DNA of 64,000 nt from an uncultured Fibrobacterota bacterium (GTDB lineage Bacteria > Fibrobacterota > OXYB2-FULL-49-7 > JAEUSG01). The notes beneath the pieces were generated by a model. The model was given only the letters and a program-made list of their open reading frames with translations, had not been told where the DNA came from and searched no databases. This document shows positions 38,582-48,896 of this stretch, in pieces (the stretch's first letter is position 1; every line of letters starts with the position of its first letter). The translations under genes were made by a program, and so were the position numbers. The stretch spans positions 121,896 through 185,895 of the forward strand of contig CAWHPS010000035.1 in NCBI GenBank assembly GCA_963831235.1, given 5' to 3'.

Positions 38582-39610
38582 TTGATGAATAAGAATCTAT
38601 ATTATATGGGCTCCAATTCAATGATTTTAATTATGTCAAAAGCACTTTCTATAATAATTCCTACATATAATGGATGTGAAATTCTGGTTAATTGTTTAGA
38701 ATCGCTTGTAAAACAATCTTTTGATAACTATGAGGTCTTTATTATTGATAACGGATCATCTGACGGTACAGTTGAAATGGTTAAAACATATTATTCGGAT
38801 TGTAGGATAATCAGATTTGACCAAAATAAGGGATTTTCCATTGCGATGAATGTGGGGATTCAAGCAACAAAAACCCCATATTTGTTACTTTTGAACAATG
38901 ACACGGTACTTGAACCGGATGTATTATTAAACCTTTATAATGTTTTAGACAAATCTTCTTCTGATTTTGCAGGAGTGAATCCGAAAGTATTATTGACCGA
39001 TGGAAGAATTGATAATATAGGAATTATGATGGACAGGAAATGGAGGGCACATCAAATAGGATGGAATGGCAATGTAGTCTGCCCTACAGAAATCATAGAA
39101 ATTTTTGGTGTAAATGCCTGTGCCTCCTTATTTCGAAAGTCCTTTTTCGATGATGTGGGTTTTTTTGATGAGGATTATTTTGCATATTGGGAGGATGTAG
39201 ATATTATTATCAGGGGGCGCCTTCGTAATTGGAGATTTCTTTATGCTCCTGATGCGCAAGTGCACCATATGCATTCTTACACGTCAAATAGGATTATAAA
39301 TTTTGATAAAAAGGAATTGTCTTTTCGAAATTCAATATTTACTATTTTAAAAAATGCGCCCCTGTCTTCTTTATTTTATTTAATTATATGGCATCGCATT
39401 ATTAAGGATATTGGAAATATCATTCATTACCTTAAATCAGTTAAGGGACGTAAGTCATTCAGAGCCCACATAAAAGCGTATTTAACGGTTATATTTTCTC
39501 TGTCTAATATCCTAAAAAAACGCCAACTTATCCAAAAGCGAAAGTTAAACTCTATTAATGGTTGGTTGGGACAAGCCTTTCGACCGCTTGAAACAAACAC
39601 TGACAAATAA
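38582..39610 (+). CDS. Glycosyltransferase family 2
   Basis: The motif LSIIIPTYNGCEILVNCLESLVKQSFDNYEVFIIDNGSSDGT is present. The true start may be the internal Met near 38633. Confidence 0.8.
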   Translation: MMNKNLYYMGSNSMILIMSKALSIIIPTYNGCEILVNCLESLVKQSFDNYEVFIIDNGSSDGTVEMVKTYYSDCRIIRFDQNKGFSIAMNVGIQATKTPYLLLLNNDTVLEPDVLLNLYNVLDKSSSDFAGVNPKVLLTDGRIDNIGIMMDRKWRAHQIGWNGNVVCPTEIIEIFGVNACASLFRKSFFDDVGFFDEDYFAYWEDVDIIIRGRLRNWRFLYAPDAQVHHMHSYTSNRIINFDKKELSFRNSIFTILKNAPLSSLFYLIIWHRIIKDIGNIIHYLKSVKGRKSFRAHIKAYLTVIFSLSNILKKRQLIQKRKLNSINGWLGQAFRPLETNTDK

Positions 39611-39620
39611 TCTGTAATTT

Positions 39621-40442
39621 CTATACCAAGCTCTGATTCGTCCTTTTTTTCTTAAACCATGTTGAACGCGGACAAATCCTTACCAATAATAAAAATATCC
39701 TCAGTTTTAATGACCTAAACCTAATATTATCCCTTCCCTGAACATCAAATTCCTTACGCCCAAGAACAATATTAGCTAGAGTCTTTTTTTCTTCCAACCC
39801 ACTTGGCAATTCTTCAACATGATGTGTTACCATTAAAGCTCTATCAAAACTTCGAACCCGGCCTTTTGACGGATTATGAAATATTCTTAATAATTTTGGA
39901 ATATGAACCGGCATACACTCAGAAATTAAAACATATTTTTCTTTAAGCATTCGTATATGATTGCAAACATAGGATTCCGCATGAATGGTAAAATTAAATA
40001 TTTCCGGATGCTTTTTAATAAAATTTGTTCTGACAATAGCGAAGTCCAGTGCCAGTGAATAATATTTCTCTATCCATTCTGCACTGGCCCAGACAGCGTT
40101 TTCTTTCTGCATCTTCTCCAGATATTTGCAGATAAGAGTGTCGTCAAACAACCAGTTATCTGCTTCCAGAAGGATCGTGTAATCATATTCAATGCCAACT
40201 TTATCAAGCCCCGCCAGAATTAATTGTGAATTCCCCTTTAAATGGCCGGCATTTTCCTCAAGTTCGATTGTAAGATCCGCAGCTTTCCTGCATGATGCAG
40301 GGATTATATGGCCATTTTGAAGTCCATTTGAAACAACGATTAAAAAATATTTATTATGTGTCCAGTATCGGCGTATGATATCAAGACATATTTCAAGGTC
40401 TTTAATCCGGCTATAAACTCTTATAATTACGGCAACCATCAT
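39621..40442 (-). CDS. Hypothetical protein in LPS cluster (possible glycosyltransferase-like)
   Basis: The 273-aa ORF has no decisive motif. Its genomic context is the glycosyltransferase cluster. Confidence 0.35.
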   Translation of the reverse strand: MMVAVIIRVYSRIKDLEICLDIIRRYWTHNKYFLIVVSNGLQNGHIIPASCRKAADLTIELEENAGHLKGNSQLILAGLDKVGIEYDYTILLEADNWLFDDTLICKYLEKMQKENAVWASAEWIEKYYSLALDFAIVRTNFIKKHPEIFNFTIHAESYVCNHIRMLKEKYVLISECMPVHIPKLLRIFHNPSKGRVRSFDRALMVTHHVEELPSGLEEKKTLANIVLGRKEFDVQGRDNIRFRSLKLRIFLLLVRICPRSTWFKKKRTNQSLV

Positions 40443-40457
40443 ATAATGGAAATTCCT

Positions 40458-41189
40458 TTACAGGCTTTCTTTGAATTTATCGTAATAACCGTCAAAACAA
40501 GTTGATGTAAATGGTATGTCCGGATATTTGGATTTTACATAGCCAAGGGAATCATAAAAATCACCTGAAAAAGTACCACGGCTGATATGCCTGCTGGAAA
40601 GTTGCACGACTTTTGTCGGAACCCCATACCGTTCTCTTGCATTAAGAGAAAAATCTTCTGAGTATAGATGCCATTTAAGGGTTTCGTCGAATTTTAATTC
40701 ATGGGTCTTTATCAATGAAGAATGCAAAAATGCACAGCAACAATCAACGGTGTCTACTGTTTTTATTTCTTTGATGTATTTCCCTTCCAGCTTGGAATTG
40801 CTTTCTTCCCCCTCCTCGATTTGACCAATTCTTGTTTTTGTTTTTCTGAATCCAAATTTAAACTTCTTAATCTTATAACCTTTCAAACGCATAAAAAAGA
40901 CAAATTCTGTTTCAGGACGGGTTCCAATGACTCCGTAAATGGAATTTCTCTGAAGCATTTCAACTTTTTTTGAAATATTCTCCTTAAAGGAAAAATCCTG
41001 ATGGCAAAAAATAATCCAGGTGTCATCTTGCATTTTTGTTTTAATATAATTGTTGTAATGCTCCGTAATTCCTTTTGGATTAGTCCTATTGTCGATCGCA
41101 ATCAAATTAAAGCAATTCATGAATGGATTGTTTTTAATGCAGGCATCATACATTTTAAAATCATTTACCACTGTAACTATATCTATCAT
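40458..41189 (-). CDS. Putative GT-A fold glycosyltransferase
   Basis: The 243-aa ORF has GT2-like segments IFCHQDFSF, VDTVDCCCAFL and HLYSEDFSLNARERYG. Confidence 0.45.
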   Translation of the reverse strand: MIDIVTVVNDFKMYDACIKNNPFMNCFNLIAIDNRTNPKGITEHYNNYIKTKMQDDTWIIFCHQDFSFKENISKKVEMLQRNSIYGVIGTRPETEFVFFMRLKGYKIKKFKFGFRKTKTRIGQIEEGEESNSKLEGKYIKEIKTVDTVDCCCAFLHSSLIKTHELKFDETLKWHLYSEDFSLNARERYGVPTKVVQLSSRHISRGTFSGDFYDSLGYVKSKYPDIPFTSTCFDGYYDKFKESL

Positions 41190-41238
41190 AATTTATTCTC
41201 CATTAAATCCAATACCAATAAGACATGTCGCAATAATT

Positions 41239-42258
41239 TTATAAAGATTCTAATTCCCCTACTAATGCAATAGCCTGTTCAGTAAGATTTGTATCCTTAT
41301 TAATTGTGAGAATTAGATTTTTGTCTCCTTTAGGCGCGTATTGTTCAACGGAAGTTACTAAAAATATGGATATTGTTTTAAGCCCAGCGCCCGCAGCCAT
41401 GTGCATGGGTCCGGTATCACAGGACACAAACACGCTTAAATTTGGTAAAAACCCTCCAAATTCACATACCCTTTCCGGAACAATACATATAAATCCTTGT
41501 TTCCTGATAATATCGCATTCTTCACGTTCATCCGGGCCAGTAAAAAAAACAACAGGCATTCCCTTTTCTTTCAAATTATGCCCAAGTTCTATAAACCTGC
41601 TTAGGGGAAGCTTTTTGTTTCCCCTGCCTCCTGTGTGTATGCCGATGGGTTTTTGTTTTTCCATTCCGGAATCATTTAGCAGTTTCCTGGCAATTACAAT
41701 TTCTTTTTCTGGTGGTATATAAAGTATGCCAGGAATTGGCTTGATATCCATCACAAATGTCAGCAAAGAAGCAATATTATGGGGTTCATAAGTATTAGCG
41801 GGCAAGGGATCTGCTTCATGATGAAAATAATTGTTTGAAATGATATTTCTGAAACCAGCTTTATAATATGCACCTGACAATACCGTCATCATCATATTAT
41901 TAAAAGAAAATAAAGGCTTTAGATCAAAAACAATATCATACTTTTCTTTTTGAAGTTTAAAAATAAGTGAAAATATTTTCCATGGTATTCTTGCGCAGGC
42001 AATCTGATTATATACAATAATCCGGTCAATACAAGGATTCCCGGAAAGGACTTCGCTGAAAAGGCGTCCTGCCATTAAATCAATACGCGCCTCGGGCCAG
42101 CGCTTTTTCAAAAGCGCAAGAAAAGGTGTTGAAAAAATAAGGTTCCCAATGCGGTTGTCCTGACGTATTACCAGTATTTTCCCGGGATTTAGCGGGACGA
42201 TTTGTTCTTCTTTTTTTCTAAAAAAGAAGAATAACAATTTAAATAGAAATTGTTTCAA
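41239..42258 (-). CDS. Lipopolysaccharide heptosyltransferase (GT9), WaaF/RfaF-like
   Basis: The GT9 N-terminal motif KILVIRQDNRIGNLIFSTPFLALLKKRWPEARIDLM and a C-terminal motif are present. The 25-aa N-terminal extension may be spurious. Confidence 0.8.
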   Translation of the reverse strand: MKQFLFKLLFFFFRKKEEQIVPLNPGKILVIRQDNRIGNLIFSTPFLALLKKRWPEARIDLMAGRLFSEVLSGNPCIDRIIVYNQIACARIPWKIFSLIFKLQKEKYDIVFDLKPLFSFNNMMMTVLSGAYYKAGFRNIISNNYFHHEADPLPANTYEPHNIASLLTFVMDIKPIPGILYIPPEKEIVIARKLLNDSGMEKQKPIGIHTGGRGNKKLPLSRFIELGHNLKEKGMPVVFFTGPDEREECDIIRKQGFICIVPERVCEFGGFLPNLSVFVSCDTGPMHMAAGAGLKTISIFLVTSVEQYAPKGDKNLILTINKDTNLTEQAIALVGELESL

Positions 42259-43280
42259 TTTATTCTTTTTCCCCCTCTCCCTTTCTCTTCCAAAATATAT
42301 TTATCAAATGGGAGAGGGGGCAGGGGGTTAGGGTTTTCTAAAACCTGTTCAACCATTGTTATGACTTCGTTTACTGCAATCTTTTCAATGCCATCTTTTC
42401 CCCATACACTTTTATGCATTGTCATCAATGGTGGGGTCCAGGTTATAGGATTAATTTCACTGAATATTGATGCTGTTGGTAAACCCGCGGCAATTGCTAT
42501 ATGCCGAATTCCATTATCATTGCCAAAATAAAAAAGACATTCCTTTATAAGCATTTTAAGCGCCCTGAAAGATGGCGGCTTATATGGAAACAAAAAGGTT
42601 TCAGGATGTTTTGATAAAGATATAACCTTGTTTATTGTTTTTTCCTCCCCTGGCCCAAATAATGGAAGAAATTTAAGACCATGCTTTTCAAAAAGAATAT
42701 CACAAGCTTCGGCATAACGTTCAAGCGGCCACATTTTATAATCTCTCCTTGAAACCGGAGAAAAAGCCAATACTCTTCCCGAATCCTTTATCTTTAATTG
42801 AGAAATTAATTTATCAGAATCCTCTTTATCTGAAGGTAAAATATAGAGTTCCGGCATTATATCATCAACAGTAATATAAAAAGGTTCAAGAAGCGCTGAT
42901 TTTTCCATTGCAGAATAAATTGGAATGGATGAAACAGGAATGCTATGGGAATAAAATAAACCTCTTCCTCGCTTTTTAAAGCCGGTCCTTATTTTAGCAC
43001 CTGAAAAAAAAGAAAGAAAAGCTGTCTTTGGCAGGCATTGGCAATCGACAACAGCGTCATATTTTTTTGAACGTATTTGGCGTGCAATATTGAAAAAGGA
43101 TTTATCGTCATATATTAAGATCCTGCCTATATGCGGATTGGTTTCAATTGCAATAACACATTTTTTATTTACCAGATAATCAATGGAAGCTTTCGGGTTA
43201 TTTTTATTAAATGCCTTGATAAGCGGGGTTGTCATTAGCACATCGCCTAGCTGCTTAAGCTGAATAAAAAGAATTCGCAT
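42255..43280 (-). CDS. Lipopolysaccharide heptosyltransferase (GT9), WaaC/RfaC-like; C-terminal about 25 aa encoded by hairpin repeat P4
   Basis: The GT9 motif MRILFIQLKQLGDVLMTTPLIKAF is present. The C-terminal tail ...PLPPLPFDKYILEEKGRGGKRIN is read from within the CCCCCTCTCCC palindrome. Confidence 0.8.
   Translation of the reverse strand: MRILFIQLKQLGDVLMTTPLIKAFNKNNPKASIDYLVNKKCVIAIETNPHIGRILIYDDKSFFNIARQIRSKKYDAVVDCQCLPKTAFLSFFSGAKIRTGFKKRGRGLFYSHSIPVSSIPIYSAMEKSALLEPFYITVDDIMPELYILPSDKEDSDKLISQLKIKDSGRVLAFSPVSRRDYKMWPLERYAEACDILFEKHGLKFLPLFGPGEEKTINKVISLSKHPETFLFPYKPPSFRALKMLIKECLFYFGNDNGIRHIAIAAGLPTASIFSEINPITWTPPLMTMHKSVWGKDGIEKIAVNEVITMVEQVLENPNPLPPLPFDKYILEEKGRGGKRIN
42271..42333. 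repeat. CCCTCTCCC hairpin repeat family, copy P4 (inside 3' end of heptosyltransferase gene)
   Basis: CCCCCTCTCCC-(28-nt AT-rich loop)-GGGAGAGGGGGCAGGGGGTTAGGG. It is homologous to P2 in the opposite orientation. Confidence 0.65.
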
Positions 43281-43388
43281 TACAGTTAAGATATATTATT
43301 ATGAAAATTTGCTTCAATCAAAACCAAATTCAAGGATTCAGGATTCACTTGATCCTCAGGTTTAGCAAATGTCAATTTTTATAAGAAA

Positions 43389-43550
43389 CCCACCCCAACC
43401 CCTCCCTTTTTCTTGAAGGAAAAAGGGAGGGGCTAAATAAAGAATTTATGACATTTGCGAGCACCTTTTTCCATCTAAAATTATTTTATCTTTTTCCGCT
43501 CCCCCTTCCCTTTTTTCTTTAAAAAAAAGGGAAGGGGTTAGGGGATGGGT
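43389..43550. repeat. CCCTCCC hairpin repeat family, copy P5: composite of two hairpin units in inverted orientation with about 60-bp spacer
   Basis: The first unit is CCCACCCCAACCCCTCCCTTTTTCttgaaggAAAAAGGGAGGGG. The second is CCCCCTTCCCTTTTTTCtttAAAAAAAAGGGAAGGGGTTAGGGGATGGG. They are separated by an AT-rich spacer of about 60 bp. Confidence 0.65.
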
Positions 43551-43736
43551 TTCAGTGCGGATAATGAAAACCAGGGATAGGTGATCTGTCATACACCAAA
43601 TTCAATATTGATTTGACACACCAATCTTTTAATAATTAAATTTTATCGTAAAGAAACAGGCCATTTATCCCGCCTTTACTTTACACAAGAACGAATTCAA
43701 AACAACAGTTTTTCTTCTTAAAAAAAAGGGCCTATT

Positions 43737-45020
43737 ATGGCAAATAGAGTTGTTGTGGGCAGCCAGTGGGGCGACGAAGGCAAAGCCAAAATCGTTGACT
43801 ATCTTACGGAATTCACTGATTATGTAATCCGCTTTCAGGGCGGTGCAAATGCCGGGCATACGGTAATTGTAGGGGATCGTAAATTCATATTTCATCTTAT
43901 CCCCGCGGGCATAATGCACGAGGATAAAATCTGTGTTATTGGCAATGGTGTTGTTTTTGAACCGTCCCAGTTTATACAGGAGCTTTCAGATCTCGACACC
44001 CAGGGCATAAGCTACAAAGGGCGGCTTTTTATAAGCAAGCGAGCATCGCTTGTGATGCCATATCACAAGCTCCTGGATCAGGCAAAGGAAAAGGCAAAAG
44101 GCGCTGGCAAAATCGGCACAACCGGACGTGGTATTGGGCCGGCTTATGCTGACAAGGTATCAAGGGTTGGAATACGCGTTATGGATCTGCTTACGCCTTC
44201 AGACCTTCGGGATAAAATCAGATCAAATCTTGAGGAAAAGAACGAAATATTGACTAAAATATACAATGAAAAACCTTTTGATGCTGATAAAATGACAGAT
44301 GATTATCTTAAATACGGCGAAGCACTTAAAAGCTACATCACTGATACCACAACCCTTGTCAATAAGGCCCTTAAAGCAGGAAAGCGCCTGCTTTTTGAGG
44401 GCGCTCAGGGAACAATACTCGATATCGATCACGGGACATATCCCTTTGTAACATCATCAAACACAATAGCAGCAGCAGCATGTACAGGAATCGGCATAGG
44501 CCCGACCAAAATCAATGAGGTTATTGGAGTGGTAAAGGCATATACCACCCGCGTTGGCAACGGACCTTTCCCAACGGAATTCGATGAAGCAATGGGAGAG
44601 CGGATACGCAAAATAGGCGGAGAATTCGGCGCCACAACAGGACGTCCAAGACGCTGTGGCTGGTTTGACGCAGTGATTGTTAAAAGATCAGCGGATTTGA
44701 ATGGTCTTGGCTCAATGGCAATAACAAAGCTTGATGTCCTTGATTCACTCGACAGGATTAAAATCTGCACGTCCTACAAGCTTGATGGAAAGACCTTCAT
44801 GGATTTTCCGGACAGTATAGATGAATTAAACCATGTTGAACCAATTTATGAGGAAGTCCAGGGTTGGCAGTGCAAGACAACAGATATAAAGGAATATTCC
44901 AAGTTGCCTGCTAAAGCTAAGGATTATCTTAACCGGTTGTCGGATCTGGTTGAAGTGCCTATAAGCATGGTTTCAGTTGGCCCTGACCGGAACCAGACCA
45001 TGACAACAGTCAGGTTTTGA
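43737..45020 (+). CDS. purA: Adenylosuccinate synthetase
   Basis: The 427-aa ORF has the motifs QWGDEGKAKIVD and GGANAGHT, plus GIGPAY. Confidence 0.95.
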   Translation: MANRVVVGSQWGDEGKAKIVDYLTEFTDYVIRFQGGANAGHTVIVGDRKFIFHLIPAGIMHEDKICVIGNGVVFEPSQFIQELSDLDTQGISYKGRLFISKRASLVMPYHKLLDQAKEKAKGAGKIGTTGRGIGPAYADKVSRVGIRVMDLLTPSDLRDKIRSNLEEKNEILTKIYNEKPFDADKMTDDYLKYGEALKSYITDTTTLVNKALKAGKRLLFEGAQGTILDIDHGTYPFVTSSNTIAAAACTGIGIGPTKINEVIGVVKAYTTRVGNGPFPTEFDEAMGERIRKIGGEFGATTGRPRRCGWFDAVIVKRSADLNGLGSMAITKLDVLDSLDRIKICTSYKLDGKTFMDFPDSIDELNHVEPIYEEVQGWQCKTTDIKEYSKLPAKAKDYLNRLSDLVEVPISMVSVGPDRNQTMTTVRF

Positions 45021-45021
45021 T

Positions 45022-46950
45022 TTATGATTGCCTGATAATAATAACAGCAGGGCAAGGCAAGGCATCTTCTTCAGCGCGGGCTTTTAAGGCTTCAAATTTC
45101 GGTTGCAACAAAGCAATTAACTTGTCCGGGGCTTTTTCATTCTTGATGTTTTCAAAATCCCTCACTGACAATAGATTTTCTGAAGCAACAACAAGGTAGT
45201 CTTCCGCTTCAAATGGCCCCCTGTTTTCCGAAAGGGAAGCTTGAATTCCAGCGGGAATTAGATAAGGCCTTAATAAATTGAATTGTGCAAGGTAAGATTT
45301 TTTCTTAGAATCAATTTTTATTATTTCAATTTTAATTTTCAGGTCCTTACTGTTCAAAAATGTATTAAAAAGCAAAGAGAGCCCCTCCGGTGTAAAAGGG
45401 TTTTCCATAAACTGTTTTAGAATATGCTCTCTTTCCGTTGATACCGGCATTTTAAGGAGCATTGAAAGAGCAAAATATGAAAGGTTTCCAAGGGTTGTCT
45501 TGAATTTTCTGATTATATCCAGCATGCCAATAACACGATCCCTTACCTGACTTCGAACATCAGGGTTTGAGCCGTGGATGCAGATAATCTGGATATCTTC
45601 CTTTTTATCCCCTGTAAGTTCAAAGAATTCAACCCATCCGTTGCCGGTTAACGACACGGCCCTGATATCAATATTGCCTGGCCCCTTTATTTCACGTACC
45701 TCGGGTTTTGCTATTTCTTTGGCAACAGCTCTTGTGTCAATTCCATCTGTGATCCTGGATAATCCGATTGCAGCGCCCCCGGCAAGCAGGGAGCCTGCAT
45801 CCATTTCAGAAGCTTTGTATGGCCCCTTTTCCTTTGCCCTTGATACGTGCACAATTCCAAATATCTCGTTGCCGAGAGTAATCGGAAACAGGGCAGTAGT
45901 CCCAGAGATTTTCAGTATTGCGCGGTAACGAGTGTTTTGCCGGACTTCATTCTCGTCTTCAATCAAGAGTGGTTTGCCGTAATCCATAATCTCTGTGAAC
46001 ACATCTTCCTGCGTTTTATAGATCTCATTCTTTAAAACAAGCGCTTCATCATAACCTGATGTATGGTTTACAACAAGAGTATCATCCTTGACAAGCATGA
46101 TGATTATCTGATCCATTCCGATATCTGTTTTAAATGCTTCGGAAAGCCTTTCGAACAATTCAGCGGGTATAAGGCATGAGGCAATCTGTTTTACGCGTTC
46201 AAACAGGATTTCCCTTTTTTCCTGCCGCTCCTTAAGGCTGCCCATTGCATGGCTGAGTTTTTCGAAAAGGTCGGAGTATTCCTTATTCCACTCAGGACCT
46301 GAATTATCACCAAGCTGTCCGTTTTCAATAAGGACAAGGTTGCGTTTGACTTCATTGATTACGGATCTGAATTTAAGGACACGGTATATATGAAATAAAA
46401 ATCCCATAAGAAAAATGGAGACTATTATGATGAATATAAGGATGGCAATGCTTTTAACAATTCCCTCTATATCACTGATATCAAACACTGTCTCAACTCC
46501 TCCTATGATCCTATCCTTAAAACTGAAAGACCTCAGTAGATGAAGTTGAAGGAGCTTTTCGCCTTCTACAAAATAAAATCCAGACAAGCCGCTTTTAAGG
46601 AGCTGAGAGGCATCAGCAGACTGCATCACACTGGCAATGAGTTCATCCTGGGTGGTGGCAAGCATCCTGCCCTTATCGTCAAGCACCTCAATACGTTTGA
46701 CCTTGAACCTGCCTTCAAATCGGTTTGAAAAAAGCTTGATAAGAGAATCAGGGCCTGATTCATGGAAAAGGGACGAATCAGCGGTTTTATCGCTTACACG
46801 GCTCAAGACCCCAAGGATTTCCTGTTTTTTTTGGGACAGAAGCTTTTCCTGAAGGCCAAGCACACCGAAATAATAAGCCGCAAATAAAGAAGCTGAACAG
46901 AGAATGAGATAAACAAACAAGGTCAGCAGGATGGTTTTAAAGTTCTTCAT
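45022..46950 (-). CDS. Membrane-anchored sensor protein with central GAF domain; C-terminal domain of uncertain type (no recognizable histidine kinase/GGDEF; possibly degenerate PP2C-like)
   Basis: The 642-aa ORF has an N-terminal TM segment, a periplasmic region, and a second TM followed by a HAMP-like segment. A GAF-like region follows (…IMDYGKPLLIEDENEVRQN...GNEIFGIVHVSRAKE...). No H-box or HATPase domain is present. Confidence 0.5.
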   Translation of the reverse strand: MKNFKTILLTLFVYLILCSASLFAAYYFGVLGLQEKLLSQKKQEILGVLSRVSDKTADSSLFHESGPDSLIKLFSNRFEGRFKVKRIEVLDDKGRMLATTQDELIASVMQSADASQLLKSGLSGFYFVEGEKLLQLHLLRSFSFKDRIIGGVETVFDISDIEGIVKSIAILIFIIIVSIFLMGFLFHIYRVLKFRSVINEVKRNLVLIENGQLGDNSGPEWNKEYSDLFEKLSHAMGSLKERQEKREILFERVKQIASCLIPAELFERLSEAFKTDIGMDQIIIMLVKDDTLVVNHTSGYDEALVLKNEIYKTQEDVFTEIMDYGKPLLIEDENEVRQNTRYRAILKISGTTALFPITLGNEIFGIVHVSRAKEKGPYKASEMDAGSLLAGGAAIGLSRITDGIDTRAVAKEIAKPEVREIKGPGNIDIRAVSLTGNGWVEFFELTGDKKEDIQIICIHGSNPDVRSQVRDRVIGMLDIIRKFKTTLGNLSYFALSMLLKMPVSTEREHILKQFMENPFTPEGLSLLFNTFLNSKDLKIKIEIIKIDSKKKSYLAQFNLLRPYLIPAGIQASLSENRGPFEAEDYLVVASENLLSVRDFENIKNEKAPDKLIALLQPKFEALKARAEEDALPCPAVIIIRQS

Positions 46951-46989
46951 ATATACAGATTATACATAATGCTAAAAATAATTGTCCAC

Positions 46990-47110
46990 GGGTAATTGTT
47001 ATGACGTTTTGCCGGCCCCCGAGCGACGCACCGAGCCAGTCGAGGTGTGACAGCCGGGTGCCTCGATACATCCGCCTGCGGCGGACACTCGGCAACCGGC
47101 TGGTTATGTC
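46990..47110. repeat. GC-rich MITE family, copy D (hybrid A-like 5' half / C-like 3' half; canonical TIRs absent)
   Basis: GCCGGCCCCCGAGCGACGCACCGAGCCAGTCGAGGTGTGACAGCCGGGTGCCTCGATACATCCGCCTGCGGCGGACACTCGGCAACCGGCTGG lies between the sensor gene start and the oppC stop. Confidence 0.55.
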
Positions 47111-47122
47111 CACCGTGTTTTA

Positions 47123-48058
47123 TTAGGCTTTTTTTTGAGCAGCCTTTTTCGGGTCAAACGCGTCACGCAGACCATCTCCAAGAAAATTGAGGGCTAAAAG
47201 CGTTGAGGTAAGAAAAAGCCCTGGAAATAGAATCAGCCACCACGAAATCTTAACCGGGTTTATGGCGTCAATCCCTTCGTTTATCAGCATGCCCCAGCTA
47301 TGCTCCTGTCCTGGTACGGTAAGCCCCAGAAAGGATAAAAAAGCCTCTTGAAGGATGATGACCGGGACTGTAAGAGTCGCGTAAACAATTACAATGGAAA
47401 GTATATTAGGAAGAATATGGGAAAAAAGAATACGGCCATGGCTTCCCCCTATTGCCCTTGCGGCATTCACAAAATCCCGCTCCTTAAGCGATAATACCTC
47501 TCCCCGCACGACACGGGACATTGTAAGCCACTGGACCGCACCGAGCGCTATAAAAAGTAATGCGAATGATCTTTCAAAAAGCCCCAGGAGCAGGATGACA
47601 AGGAAAATAAACGGCAGTGTATAAAGGACATCGACCACTCTCATTAAAAAATTGTCAATACTTCCGCCGAAATATCCGGCCACAGCACCGTAAGTTACGC
47701 CAATGATAATTGTTGTCAGGGTGGCAAGAAGTCCGATTAATAGAGAAATCCTGGCCCCTGCAACAGTCCGCGCAAGAAGGTCGCGGCCAAGGACATCCGT
47801 ACCAAAAGGGTGGGATAAAGTAGGTGAGAGCAGCTTTTGTGACAGGTCCTGCGAATTGGGGTCAGGGAGTATCTTTCCCTCAAAAATAGCTCCGGATAAG
47901 GCAAGAAGGACCAATAGTAAAAGGAAAACCAATGCAGCAGCAGCGGCTTTATTGCGGAAAAGATTTTTTCCAATATCACTTTTCATATCGAATCCTAGGA
48001 TCAACAACACTATACAATATATCAGAAACAAGGTTGAAGCACATGAGTATGATTCCAT
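47123..48058 (-). CDS. oppC: Oligopeptide/dipeptide ABC transporter permease (OppC/DppC type)
   Basis: The 311-aa ORF has an N-terminal OppC_N-like region and a BPD_transp_1 EAA motif (NAARAIGGSHGRILFSHILPN). It sits in an operon with an OppB-like and an OppA-like gene. Confidence 0.8.
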   Translation of the reverse strand: MESYSCASTLFLIYCIVLLILGFDMKSDIGKNLFRNKAAAAALVFLLLLVLLALSGAIFEGKILPDPNSQDLSQKLLSPTLSHPFGTDVLGRDLLARTVAGARISLLIGLLATLTTIIIGVTYGAVAGYFGGSIDNFLMRVVDVLYTLPFIFLVILLLGLFERSFALLFIALGAVQWLTMSRVVRGEVLSLKERDFVNAARAIGGSHGRILFSHILPNILSIVIVYATLTVPVIILQEAFLSFLGLTVPGQEHSWGMLINEGIDAINPVKISWWLILFPGLFLTSTLLALNFLGDGLRDAFDPKKAAQKKA

Positions 48059-48896
48059 AAATCAGTGCGCATCCAACTGCAAGAAAATAATCCCGATGCA
48101 GGGCGCTGTGAACGAAATTTATACCTAGCCCCGGAATGGCGAATATCTTTTCAACCACGACCGAACCAGTAAGAATACCTGCTGATGCGGGACCAAGAAA
48201 GGAAATTACCGGGACAAGCCCGTTCTTTAATGCATGTGTGAATAAAAGAGATGCCTCACTGACTCCTTTGGCCCTTGCAGCCGTTATATAATCCTGTGAC
48301 AACGCTTCAATCAGGCTTGTCCGCGTTATCCTTGATATATAGGCGATATAAGGCGCAGACAGAGTGATGGCGGGAAGGACCATGTATTCCGGGCCCTGCC
48401 AGCCAACTGCTGGAAATATTCTGAATGTGAAACTGAAAATGAGTATTAAAAATGATGCGAGCACGAATGATGGCAGGGAAATACCGATTAAAGCCACACT
48501 CATTACTGAATAATCTGTGAATGTATTGCGCTTGTAAGCTGAAATTACCCCGAATGGAATTCCAAAAAGTATGGCTATTACAAGAGCAAAGGAACCGAGC
48601 CTTAAGGAAACCGGCAGGGCTTGAAATATTATTTCATTCACGGTCATGTCGCTGAAATGGACTGATCGTCCAAGATACCCATGCAATAGATTTTTTATAT
48701 ACATGCCTATCTGGATGTGCAAAGGCTTATCAAGCCCATATTCCTTATTCAAGGCAATGAGTGTTTCGGGTGACAAGTTTTTTTCAGAAACAAAAGGGCT
48801 TCCAGGAGCATTATGCACAAGAAGAAAAGTTAAAAGAATAATGCATAAAAGGACTGGTATGAAAATAAATATTCTTCGTATTATGTAAATTGTCAT
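47976..48896 (-). CDS. oppB: Oligopeptide/dipeptide ABC transporter permease (OppB/DppB type)
   Basis: The 306-aa ORF has the motif MTIYIIRRIFIFIPVLLCIILLTFLLVHNAPGSP and the EAA motif AARAKGVSEASLLFTHALKN. Confidence 0.8.
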   Translation of the reverse strand: MTIYIIRRIFIFIPVLLCIILLTFLLVHNAPGSPFVSEKNLSPETLIALNKEYGLDKPLHIQIGMYIKNLLHGYLGRSVHFSDMTVNEIIFQALPVSLRLGSFALVIAILFGIPFGVISAYKRNTFTDYSVMSVALIGISLPSFVLASFLILIFSFTFRIFPAVGWQGPEYMVLPAITLSAPYIAYISRITRTSLIEALSQDYITAARAKGVSEASLLFTHALKNGLVPVISFLGPASAGILTGSVVVEKIFAIPGLGINFVHSALHRDYFLAVGCALIYGIILMCFNLVSDILYSVVDPRIRYEK